From NCBI RefSeq assembly GCF_004010195.1, contig NC_057750.1, positions 5,900,442-5,964,441 on the forward strand: 64,000 nucleotides of DNA, written 5' to 3'. A model generated the notes under the pieces. The model searched no databases, was not told the DNA's origin, and saw only the letters and a program-made list of their open reading frames with translations. The DNA comes from Chiloscyllium plagiosum. Taxonomy: Eukaryota. Both the position numbers and the translations under genes were made by a program. Positions 1 through 11,040 of the stretch are shown one piece after another (the stretch's first letter is position 1; every line of letters starts with the position of its first letter).

Positions 1-1846
1 ATGAAGGGCTTTTGCCCGAAACATCGATTTTGCCTGTCCTCGGATGCTGCCTGAATTGCTGTGCTCTTCCAGCACCACTGATCCAGAATCTGGTTTCCAG
101 CATCTGCAGTCATTGTTTTTACCTAGGCAGGGTATTTGGCCTACTGACTCTACACTGACTCTGTGAATGTCTGGCTCCAAAGTCTACACTCTATTGTCTA
201 GTCCTTAACTCTCCAACCAGTGGAAATGGTTTCGCTCTGTCATATCAGATTTCCTTAATATCTTGAACACTTCCACCAAATCACCTCTTAACCATCCAAG
301 TTCCAGAGAATTTGCCTTAGTTTGTGTCTTATTTCCTTGTAGCTGAACTGTTGCAATCTAGGTCTCATTCTGGTAAATCTGTACTGCACTGCCTACTCTC
401 TCTGATACTCAGAAGCAGAGTGTTAGAATGTGTTGTAGTGTGGGCTCTTTAGGTCTTAACAGGACGGGTTGGACCGAAGGGTCTGTTTCCATGCTGTACA
501 TCTCTATGACTCTATAAAAAAAAGCTCAGATCAGAATTCTTAGTAATAGTTAAACTTTGCATTGTTCACGATGGTAAGGCTACAAAGGCATGTACTCCAA
601 GGGTCCAAATCTTTAGTAGAATACTGACGTGTATAGCTACTGAGATCACAGTGACACCACAACTCACTTCAGAGGCTCATTTAAACATTTATTAAACCCT
701 TTCACTATACACAGTGACTCTAGGAGTTGTCTAAACAGGCATGTGCAATAGCGAGGCATGTGACTACCTGTATCGTAGTTCTGTGTGCTCAATATTTTTC
801 AGAGATCAATTCAAGAACCTTCAGTCTTATGTAACTCCAGAATGAATCTAGTGGTGCATTTGGGAAGCATATAGTGATTTAACATCAATGAGTTGGACCT
901 GCATATTGGGTTTCTGTCTTGTATTGGTGATGTGAGCAGGAAGTCAGGGTTACTGTGGCCATATAGACTTTTTAACAGGCATGTTGCAGTCTGGACCTGG
1001 AGAGAGAGAGAGATAGCAGAGACCTAAAGTGTCCTTCCATGACATGGCTGAGCAGGAATTTCTCCCATCCCTGGCATTTGTTGGAAAGGTTTGCACATTG
1101 ATGCTCACCCTGCTTGGCCACGTTGTGAATGCACCTTCCTTGAAAGTCAAGTCCTGATGTGGGATTCGAATCCGGTGCTTCAGAGGTAGGGAATGCTGCC
1201 CACATTGTTACAGTCTCGAGGATATGACAATTATATTGGCCAGACTTGGCAATATATGTTATTCCTTTTAAAGCCACAAGAGGGCTCTAAACTCCCAGTT
1301 ACATTCCCACTGCCAGGAATGTCTTTTGTTGCCATTTTCTTGCAGTCAGCTGCATCCTAGGTATATATCTTGTTAATGAGCCAAAAGGTTGTGAGTTGGA
1401 GTCCCATTCCAGAAATTTGAGCACTTAATCCAGGCTGATATTCCCCGTGTAGCACTGTATGAGTGATTTTCAGGTGACACACTAAATCCTGTCACCTCTT
1501 TCCAGTGGATGTAAAAAGAGCAAGGTGAATTCTCCCTGGTGCCCTGACTGTATTTGTTCTTAAACCAACATTGTTAAAAGAAGATCTCGCAAAATTTCCC
1601 TCATGGGAAGAAATACCCATTCCTTATTGCCTTTGAGAAGGTAGTGGTGAGTTCTGTCATGATTGTAATGAGGTCAGCCAGGTGGACCTCATAGAATATG
1701 AGTTCCCTGATTGGGGCTGTTAATCTGGTCCAATCAGGAAGCACTACCTGACAAAAAAAAAGGAGTTGTGAAAAAGAGTGTTGGAGGTTCTGTTCACTCT
1801 GAAAGCTGGCTCTGAGAGATCGGGATCAGTGTCAAGGACTCTCCAT

Positions 1847-3464
1847 TTTGTGTCAGGAAGGAGACTGACTCTGTGCTGGTTGGGCCACAGTCAGTGTGTT
1901 ACTGCTGCTGTTGGTTTCTGCTTTTTGTGAGCGGAACCCTGATTCCTGAACTTAGCCCTTGGACTCTAGTTTTCTTTGTTTTTCGTATGTGTCCATTGTT
2001 TTTTGGTTTGGACTGAGCCCTTGTGAGAAAATACCACTTTCCAGATGAGCTGTTCCTGTGGGTAGGCTTGACCCTTGGCGGTGGACTAGGCCTCTGTAAA
2101 GACAACACCTGTGTGTGTGCTGGGAAGTGAGCATTTGCTGTATTATGGAGATCAGGAGTGGACTCAGCCTTAGGGACTGAACCAACCCCCTGTGACTTAA
2201 CTGCACCTTCATAATGTACTGTGTTCCTGTGATGGGCCTGGCTCTCTGTGGATAAACCAGGCCTCCATGGAGACTGAACACGTGTGTGTGCTGTGGGGTG
2301 TGTATTTGCTTCCTTCATGAGTGGACTTTATCTCTGACAATGTATTCTGCATACTGGAGTGGACTCTGTTCCTGAGAGTAGACTATTTATGGTAATGGAC
2401 TCTGTGTACCAGAAAGGACTGTGTTGGTAATCAATTGTGTCTTGCTGCTTGTTGGGTTTATCACCTGCACTGCCTTGGGTGTCCCTGGATCAGGCAGGCC
2501 TTATCTGTGAGCTGAGAGGCTCATAGGTCGTCCTGAAAGCTGTCATCCCGAGAGCCGGAGGGTGGGTAGGCCATCCTGTGCACTGGAAGGTGGGTAGGCT
2601 GTCCTGATGCCAGTTACCCTGAGAGCTGGAAGGCAGGTAGGCCGTTCTGAGCACTGTTGTCCCGAAAAGGGGTAATTGGGACAAGCTGTCCTAGACGTGG
2701 TCGGAAGGTGTGTCTGAACGACCGAGAGCCAGAAAGAGCAGAGGGACAGGCTGAGATCCGGAAAGCTTGTGGGTTGCCCTGTGTGCCATCATCCCAGGGA
2801 AGGGTACGGGCTTAACTAGAGGTGGCTGGAAGGTGTGTCGGCAGTCCACAAGCCGGATGGCGCATCAGGGTGGGCAACACCCAGATGGCACGTAGGGGCA
2901 GACCGAGAGCCAGAAGGCGGATAGGCCATCCTCAGAGCTGTCAGTCTGGGCAGGTACCAGGACTGGCTGTCCTAGAGGTGTTCGGAAAGTGTGAAGGACT
3001 GGTAGGGAAGCTGGAAGGTGGGTAGGCCATCCTGACCACTGTCATTTGGGGGGGGAGGGGGAGAGAGGTGTTGGCAAAATAGGACGGGCTGTCCTAGAGG
3101 TGGCCAGAAGGTGTGTCAGAGCGGACTGAGAAGCCAGAAGGGGACTGATGCAGACTGAGAGCCAGAAGGGGCGTAGGGGTGGGCTGCCTTAGAGTGGCCG
3201 GAAGGTGGGAGCGATGGGTGGTTTTGGGGTGGTCTGTATTTTATTCACTTTTTAAAAATCTAATTGGACTGTCTTGTATGTATTTGTTACTGTTTTGGGA
3301 TGACAAAGTGGGATTTGAGGTTTGTCCTCGATTCCCTGAAAACTGGTTGAATGGTGGGGTTTGGGGCCTGGCTTTGCTGCTCCTCTCCCTAGTAAATTGC
3401 TGTTTCTCTGTGTACAGCTGTTAATGTTAATTGTTTTGTAAACTGTATTGTTTAATAAAATTTT
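1847..3464 (+). mobile_element. Unrecognised non-coding retroposon-like element, copy 1, inserted in the 5' LTR
   Basis: Begins TTTGTGTCAG and ends TTTAATAAAATTTTAAAA (AATAAA 3454-3459). Flanked by a ~75-bp duplication of LTR sequence (1772-1846 / 3465-3539). Homologous along its length to 4949-7877. Confidence 0.75.
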
Positions 3465-3673
3465 AAAAGAGTGTTGGAGATTCTGTTCACACTGAGAGCT
3501 AGCTCTGAGGGAGCTTGATCAGTGCCAAGGACTTTCCATGTGTAAATAAAGGGTGAGTTGGTGATGGGATACCAGCCTCTACAGAATTATTTCTGTGGTA
3601 ACGAAAGTAAAGCATTCTTCTGAAGAAATTCACTCACAACAGTTATCTTTGAGTTGGGATAAACATTTCTGGC

Positions 3674-4140
3674 ATGTTGCCGTTATTTGGGAAGCTTGGT
3701 TCATTCAATCCTGCCATCGAAGATAAAGCCCAGTATATGGAAAGAATGCATTATTTTTTTCTGGGCAAATGACATTAGGGCAGGTGAAAAGCAACAAGTA
3801 ACTCCCATGATAGCTTGTGAACAGTTATTAGGAGCCTAACTTTCACTGAAGCACCAGGTACTAAAATCTTACAAAAGTTGACAAATTTAGTCGAGAAATA
3901 TTATGACCCCAAGCCTTCTCCAATTCTGAGACGCTATCCATTTTACTCAGCAATTTGAGAACTAGCGGAATTTGTATCAGGAGTTTTGACTAGGTTAAGG
4001 TAGTTGGCAGAGGCATGTGACTTTGGTTTCACCCTAATAAGTTACTGAGAAGCTGTTTGGTATGTGGGATTAATGATGTAACCATGCAAAAGCGCCTACT
4101 GGCTGAAGCCCAACTGGATTTATTATTGGAAAATATGGCA
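3674..4140 (+). pseudogene. Degenerate Gypsy gag remnant
   Basis: Frameshifted translation gives MLPLFGKLGSFNPAIEDKAQYMERMHYFF, YDPKPSPILRRY, AEACDFG and CGINDVTMQKRLLAE, typical of the Gypsy gag N-terminus. Confidence 0.75.
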
Positions 4141-4190
4141 AGTAGACCATATGAAAGCTGCAAACTTGCAAATGGGCAAGAGCAAAACCT

Positions 4191-4316
4191 AGGAGAAAGT
4201 GAGGACTGCAGATGCAGGAGATCAGAGTCGTGAGTGAGGTGGTGGAAAAGCACAGCAGGTCAGGTAGCATCGGAGGAGCAGGGGAATCGACATTTCAGGC
4301 ATAGTCCCTTCATCAG
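4191..4316 (-). mobile_element. Short Penelope-like repeat; same family at 1-125, ~35690-35770, 41072-41198, 54185-54312
   Basis: GAGAAAGTGAGGACTGCAGATG..CCCTTCATCAGG with TSD GAGCAAAACCT. Confidence 0.7.
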
Positions 4317-4741
4317 GAGCAAAACCTGTCCAGCTACTTGGAATAGTTGGAAAGATTGCCTGAACCTGTGGTTTCTTCCTCTCCATCAAGCATGGAAAAT
4401 ACCTCAGAATCTAAGATGGACACAGCAGATGTTGCCACCTCAACACCTTTGCCCCTGAACAAAGGAATGAGTTAGATACTCCAGGCTCAAGAGGCAGGCT
4501 ACTCTACGTTACGTGCTGCCGGTATCCGAGGCAGAGTTGGAGAAACCTGATCCTGTGCTAAAACACCCCAGGAGAAGCTACATAAAAAATAACCAGCCTA
4601 TTTCCTTGGACTCAGAAGAGGAAGAATGTAGTGATTGTAATGAGGTCAGCCGTGTGGAACTCATAGAATATGAGTTCCCTGATTGGGGCTATTGATCTGG
4701 TCCAATCAGGGAGCCCTGGCTGACAGATAAAAAACAGGAGT

Positions 4742-4871
4742 AACACTGTGCACTTTGTCATCTCAAATAGTTATTGGAGGAGGCTGAACAATATCTGCAG
4801 AAAGTCAACAATGTATCTTTTATGAAACTCATTGTTGAATGTGAAATAAATATATTTTCACCAATCAAAAT
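4742..4871 (+). mobile_element. Short 5'-truncated non-LTR retroposon tail inserted at the LTR TATA box
   Basis: TSD AAAACAGGAGT (4731-4741 / 4872-4882), AATAAA at 4845-4850, A-rich end. Confidence 0.6.
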
Positions 4872-4948
4872 AAAACAGGAGTGTCAGACACCTTAACACT
4901 CTAAGAGCTTGCTCTGAGGGAGCTGGATCAGTGTCAAGGACTCTCCAT

Positions 4949-7877
4949 TTGTGTCAGAGAGGGGACTGACTGACCTGGCTGCCCAAATCCGGTGTGAACT
5001 GATGTTGGTTTTTATGTTTTTGGGGAACCTGATTCCTGAACTGGCTGAATTATATATATAGCCAGTTTGTTAACTGGTATTCCTTTTGTATTGAGGACTG
5101 ATTTCTAAACTGGCTGATCTTCACAGTCAATGTGTTACAGGTATAATTCAGTTCTCATTAGGGAATTGTTGTTTCACTGGCTGGTTACAGCCTGTGTGTT
5201 ACTGTTTTCTCTTTTACTTTGAGAAAAGGACTATGTTGATTGTGTGGCAGGGCTGAGCTCTTGCACTCTGGTCTTCTTATCTTTTTGTATGTGTTTTCAT
5301 TTTTTTCTTGTTTGGACTAAGACCCTGTGAGAAAATGAACTTTCCAGATGAGCTGTTCCTGTGGGAAGGCCTGGCTCTTTGTCGGTGGACTATGGGCGGC
5401 ACGGTGGCACAGTGGTTAGCACTGCTGCCTCACAGCGCCAGAGACCCGGGTTCAATTCCCGCCTCAGGCGACTGACTGTGTGGAGTTTGCACGTTCTCCC
5501 CGTGTCTGCGGGAGTTTCCTCCGGGTGCTCCGGTTTCCTCCCACAGTCCAAAAAGATGTGCAGGTCAGGTCAATTGGCCATGCTAAATTGCCCGTAGTGT
5601 TAGGTAAGGGGTAAATGTAGGGGAATGGGTCTGGGTGGGTTGCGCTTCGGCGGGGCGGTGTGGACTTGTTGGGCCGAAGGGCCTGTTTCCATACTGTAAG
5701 CAATCTAATCTAATCTAAGACTAGACCTCTATAAAGACTGAACACCTGTGTGTGCTGGGAGATGAGCATTCCTTGTGTACTGGCCTTCGGAGTGGACTCT
5801 GCCTTTGGGAGTGGACCAAACCCCTGTGAGTTAACTGCACCTTCACAATGTACTGTGTTCCTGTGAGTGGGCCTGGTTCTCTGTGGATAAATCAGGCCTC
5901 TATATAGACTGAATACCTGTGTGTGGTGTTTGTGTATTTGCTGCCTTCAGGAGTGGACTCTGCAATTTGGAATGGACTCTATTTCTGACAGTACACTTTG
6001 TATACTGGAGTGGACTTTGTTCCTGGGAATGGGCTCTACATTTTGAAGAGAACTGTTAATGGTAATGAACTCTGTACCAGAAGGAACTCTGGTACTCTTG
6101 TTAATTGACTGTTGCTTGTTGGGTTTATCACCTGCACTCTCTTGTGTGTCCCTGGGTCTGGCAGGCCTTACTGTGAGCTGGGAGGCTCAGAAGTCATCCT
6201 GAAAGCTGCCACCCGGAGAGCTGGAGGGTGGGTGGACCATCCTGTAAACCTGAAATTGGGTAGGCTGGCCCGAAAGCCAGGGGGTGGTTGGCCACCCTGA
6301 TGCCGGTCACCCTGGGAGATGAAGGTGGGTAGGCCATTCTGAGTGCTGTCCCAAGAAGGGGTAATCGGAATGGGCTGTCCCATAGGTGGTCAGAAGGTGT
6401 CAGAGCAGCCAAAGGCCAGAAGGTTTGTGGGCTGCCCTGTGCGCCATCTTCCCAGGGAAGGGTACAGACTGTCCGAGGGGTGGCCGGAAGGTGTGTCAGG
6501 GCAGTTCACAAGCCGGATGGTGCATCGGGGTGGGCAAGAGCCAGATGGCATGTAGGGGCAGAGTGAGAGCTGGAAGGGGCATTGGGGGGAACGAGAGCAG
6601 GGAGGGGCATTGGGGTGGGCTGAGAGCTGGAAGGGGCATGGTTCTCTGTGGATAAATCAGGCCTCTATATAGACTGAATACCTGTGTGTGGTGTTTGTGT
6701 ATTTGCTGCCTTCAGGAGTGGACTCTGCAATTTGGAATGGACTCTATTTCTGACAGTACACTTTGTATACTGGAGTGGACTTTGTTCCTGGGAATGGGCT
6801 CTACATTTTGAAGAGAACTGTTAATGGTAATGAACTCTGTACCAGAAGGAACTCTGGTACTCTTGTTAATTGACTGTCTGTTGCTTGTTGGGTTTATCAC
6901 CTGCACTCTCTTGTGTGTCCCTGGGTCTGGCAGGCCTTAAAGTGAGCTGGGAGGCTCAGAAGTCATCCTGAAAGCTGTCACCCAGAGAGCTGGAGGGTGG
7001 GTAGACCATCCTGTAAACCTGATGTTGGGTAGGCTGGCCCGAAAGCCAGAGGGTGGTTGGCCACCCTGATGCCGGTCACCCTGGGAGATGAAGGTGGGTA
7101 GGCCATTCTGAGTGCTGTCCCAAGAAGGGGTAATCGGAATGGGCTGTCCCATAGGTGGTCAGAAGGTGTCAGAGCAGCCAAAGGCCAGAAGGTTTGTGGG
7201 CTGCCCTGCGCGCCGTCTTCCCAGGGAAGGGTACAGACTGTCCGAGAGGTGGCCGGAAGGTGTGTTGGGGCAGTCCATGAGCCAGATGGCGCATTGGGGC
7301 GGAGGAGAACCAGATGGTAAATAGGGGCAGACTGAGAGCGGAAGGTGGGTAGGCCATCCTTGGTGCTGTCCCCCCAGGGAAGTACCGGGGTGGGCTGTTC
7401 TAGATGTGGCCAGAAGGTGTGAAGAGCGCTTAGGGAAGCTGGAAGGTGGGTAGGATGTCCTGATCGCTGTCGTCCTGGGGGTTTGGGGAAACAAGACGGG
7501 CTGTCCTAGAAGTGGCCAGAAGTTGACAGGGTGGACTGAGAGCCAGAAAGGGTATGGGGCAGATCAAGAGCCGGAAGGGGTGTACGGGTGGGCTGCCTTA
7601 GAGTGCTGGAAGGTGGGAGGGACGGGTGGGTTGCAGGGATGGTCTGTATTCTATACACTTTCTTATCTATTTGGACTGTCTTGTATGTATTTGTTACTGC
7701 ATCTTTTGATGTGACTGAAAGTGGAATTTGTTCTCATTTCTTTGAAAACTGGTTGAATGGTGGGGTTTGGGGCCTGGCTTTGCTGCTCCTCTCCCTTGTA
7801 AATTGCTGTTCCTCTGTATACAGCTGTTAATGTTAATTGTTTGTAAGCTGGACTGTTTAATAAAATTTAAAGAAAGG
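4949..7877 (+). mobile_element. Unrecognised non-coding retroposon-like element, copy 2, inserted in the 3' LTR; contains a SINE and an internal ~769-bp tandem duplication
   Basis: Same 5' start TTGTGTCAG after CAAGGACTCTCCAT and same 3' end (AATAAA 7859-7864). LTR duplication at 4873-4948 / ~7878-7945. Near-identical ORF pairs 6168-6383 and 6937-7152 show the 769-bp offset. Confidence 0.75.
5395..5718 (+). mobile_element. tRNA-derived V-SINE (shark HE1-like), full length
   Basis: A box TGGCACAGTGG, B box GGTTCAATTCC, V-domain GTGTGGAGTTTGCACGTTCTCCCCGTGTCTGCG, CR1-like tail, (AATCT)n end, TSD GACTA. Confidence 0.9.
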
Positions 7878-8544
7878 AAACGGGAGTGTCAGGCACCCTA
7901 TCACTCTGAGAGCTGGCTGGATCAGTGTCAAGGACGTCCCTCATATCAATAAAGGGTGGCTTGGTGACAGAATACCGGCCTGTATGGAGTTATTTCAATC
8001 TACCTTCTTGAACCACTGCAGTCCATTTGTTGTAGGCACACCAATGATGTTGTTAGGGAGGGAGTTCCTGGATTTTGTCCCAGTGACACTAAAGGAACAA
8101 CAGCAATGTATTGGTGGCTTTGCCTATATCTGCCTGGGCCCCAAGCTCTGGGATCCTCTCTCAAACCTCTGACTCCGTCCCTCCTGTTTTAATTCTTAAA
8201 ACCTTTATCATTGATTAAGCTTTTATTCATTTCATATCACCATATGTGAATTTGTCATGTTTTGCTTTATAACACTGCTGTGAAGCACCTAGAGACATTA
8301 TTGAGCTGACTGTGCTCTACAGAGATTAACTGTTGGACATTTAGAATAGTGTAAAAATTGAAAGGTTGATGATTAGTCTTATGGTACAGTAGTATGGTAT
8401 AGATTCCAAAGTAGACAGACCTTACCTTTAAGGCAGATGAATTCGCCATAAGTGACATTCAAGCATAAAAGAATCTGCCTTGCCTTCAACACTACCTGTC
8501 TCTCCACCTACCTGTGTGCCATCTGCAAACTTAGCAACAACGTC

Positions 8545-8843
8545 CAGATTTAGATTTAGATTTTTAGATTTAGATTACTAACAGTGTGGAAACAAGCCCT
8601 TTGGCCCAACGAGTCCACACCGACCCTCCGAAGGGCAACCCACCCAGACTCTTGCCTCTACATTTACCCCTTCACCTAACACTACGGGCAATTTAGCATG
8701 GCCAATTCACCTAACCTGATCATTCTTTGGACTGTGGGAGGAAACTGGAGCACCCAGAGGAAACCCACGCAGACACGGGGAGAATGTGCAAACTCCACAC
8801 AGACAGTTGCCTGAGGCGGGAATTGAACCCAGGTCTCTGGCGC
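8545..8843 (-). mobile_element. HE1-like V-SINE
   Basis: Reverse complement of the SINE consensus with a (TAGATT)n tail. Confidence 0.88.
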
Positions 8844-8844
8844 A

Positions 8845-11040
8845 GATCGTTAATATATAAGGTGAATATTTGTGCTCCCAACATAGAAACCTGTGGAACT
8901 CCAATATTCATTGGCTGGCATCCTGAAAAAGACCCCTTTGTCCCTACTGTCTGCTGTGTGTCATCAGCCAATCCTCTGTGCATATTAGTACCTTGCCCCT
9001 AATACCATGAACTCGTATTTTATTTAGCAGTCTCCTGTGCACCATCTTGTCAAAGGTGTGCTAGAAATCCAAGTAGACCATGTCCACTGGCTCTCCTTTG
9101 TCTAGGTTGCCCATTACCTTCTCAAAGAATTCTAACAGATTTGTCAGGCATGACCTCCCCTTCATAAAGCTGTGCCGACTCTGCCCTATTTTATTATGCA
9201 CTTCCAAATACTCTACGAGAAAGTGAGGACTGCAGATGCTGGAGATCAAAGCTGAAAATGTGTTGCTGGAAAAGCGCAGCAGGTCAGGCAGCATCCAAAG
9301 AGCAGGAGAATCGATGTTTCGGGTTCCTGAAGAAGGGCTCATGCCCGAAACGTCGATTCTCCTGTTCCTTGGATGCTGCCTGACCTGCTGCGCTTTTCCA
9401 GCAATACATTTTCAGCTCACTTCCAAATACTCCACAATTTCATTCTTAATAATGGACTATAAAATCTCACCATGACTGATGTCAGGCTAATCAGCCTATA
9501 CTTTCCCATCCTCTGCCTTCCTCTCTTCATAACCAGGGCTGTTACTTTTGCCATTTTCTAGTCTTCTAGACTCCAGTGACTCCTGAAAAATGGCCACGAA
9601 TGCCTCTAAAATCACCTCCACTATTTCCTTCTGAACTCTGGGGTATAGTCCATCTGGTCATGGGTGATTATCCACCTTCTGACATTTCAGCTTTCCCAGT
9701 ACCTTCTCTTTAGTGATCACCACGACACTCACCTCTGACCCCCTGACTCTCTTGAATTTCTTGTATGCTGCAGGTGTCTTCCACAGTGAAGTCTGATTTA
9801 AAGCACCTATTCAGTCCCACCACCATTTATTTGTTCCCATTGCTACTTCTCAGCCTCATTTTCCAGCAACACAACGTCCACTCTTGCCTCTTGCTTTCTT
9901 CTAATATATCTAAAACACTTGCAATTTTCTTTTATATTACTAGCTAGCTTACCCTCATGTTTCATCCTTTTTCCACTTATTCCTTTCTTATTGCCTTCTG
10001 CTAGTTTTTTAAGGCTTCGCAATTCTCTGGCTTCCCATTAATCTTCACCATATAGTATGTTTTTTTATGCTACCCCTGACTTCCCTTGTCAACCGTAGTT
10101 GCCTTGTCCTCCCCTTAGTATGTTTTTTCTTCCTTGGAATGATTTTCTATTGTGGCCCCCAAATTACCCCCAGAAACTCCTGCCATTGCTGTTCTACCAT
10201 CTTTCCTGCTAAGTTCCCCTTCCAGTCAACTCTAGCCAGCTCCTCTCTTTAGTTACCTTTCCTCAATTATAATACCATTACATTTGTTTCAAGTTTTTCC
10301 CTCTCAAACTACAGGGTGAATTCTATCATATTGTGGTCACTGCTGCCCAGGGTTCCTTCGCCTTAAGCTCTCTAGTCAAGTCTGCCTTATTACATCACCA
10401 AACCCAGAATTGCCTGTAACCTGAGTTTTAGAAGAAACTGCTCCAAAAAACTATCTTGCAGATATTCCACAATTTCCTTTTCTTGGGATCCGTTATCAAC
10501 CTGATTTTCCCAGTCTGTTTGCATATTGAAGTTACACCATGATCATTGTAATAGTGCCTTTCTTTCCTACCTTTTCTATCCTTATTTATTTTCTGCCTTT
10601 GACCTGACTATTGCTAGGAAGCCTGTACATAACTCCCATTAAGGTCTTTTGCCCCTTGCAGTTCCTCAACTCTGCCCAGATTCAACACTTTCTGACCCCA
10701 TACTGCTTCTTGCTATTGATTTAATTTCTTTTCTTACTAACAAGTTAACCTTGCCCTTTCTGCCCATCTTCCATCCTTTCAATAATAAGTGTGTATATGG
10801 ATATTAGATCCCAGCCCTGATCTTGCAGGCACGTCTCTGTGATGCCCACAACATGGAACCTGCCAATTTCAATCTGTGCTACAAGCTCATTTACCTTGTT
10901 TTATATACTGTGTGTATTTAAGTGCCCTCAGTCCTACATTGACTGCCCCCTTCTTATAATTGTCACCTTATCTGCTGTGCCTGAAGTTAGATTCCTGATC
11001 CTTTCCATATTCTCTGTTCCCACGTATCTGCTACCCTGTA
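8845..11040 (-). mobile_element. Degraded CR1 LINE ORF2 fragment
   Basis: Minus-strand remnants IGVPQVS and FMKGRSCLTNLLEFFE..VDMVYLDF, with endonuclease-region remnants upstream. Confidence 0.75.
9214..9417. mobile_element. Penelope-like pseudo-LTR fold-back insertion with a hammerhead-like core
   Basis: ~74-bp inverted arms (9250-9323 / 9344-9417), 15-bp TSD CACTTCCAAATACTC (9199-9213 / 9418-9432), CTGAAGA-AGGGCTCATGCCC-GAAA at 9327-9350. Confidence 0.75.

Larger units (their letters stand above)
1655..7997 (+). mobile_element. Internally deleted Gypsy-type LTR retrotransposon; both LTRs interrupted by insertions
   Basis: 5' LTR starts TGTCATGATTGTAATGAGGTCAGCC (1655) and ends near 3592, followed by a PBS-like GTGGTAACGA. 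PPT CAGAAGAGGAAGAA precedes the 3' LTR TGTAGTGATTGTAATGAGGTCAGCC (4627), which ends TTATTTCA (7997). The element splits an older LINE fragment (GAGAAGGTAGTGGTGAG | CCTTCTTGAACCACTGCAG). Confidence 0.85.

Noticed and set aside
5395..5470. tRNA genes
   Set aside because: The tRNA-like A/B boxes are SINE heads followed by a V-domain and LINE tail.
1899..7830. Many short ORFs inside the LTR inserts
   Set aside because: Frames are not preserved between copies except in the recent duplication; G-rich repeat-derived with no domain similarity.
1650..8002. Clean TSD for the Gypsy provirus at 1655-7997
   Set aside because: The flanks AGTTC and ATCTA do not match. Boundaries rest on the LTR termini and the split host LINE, and the two LTRs may be a recombinant pair.
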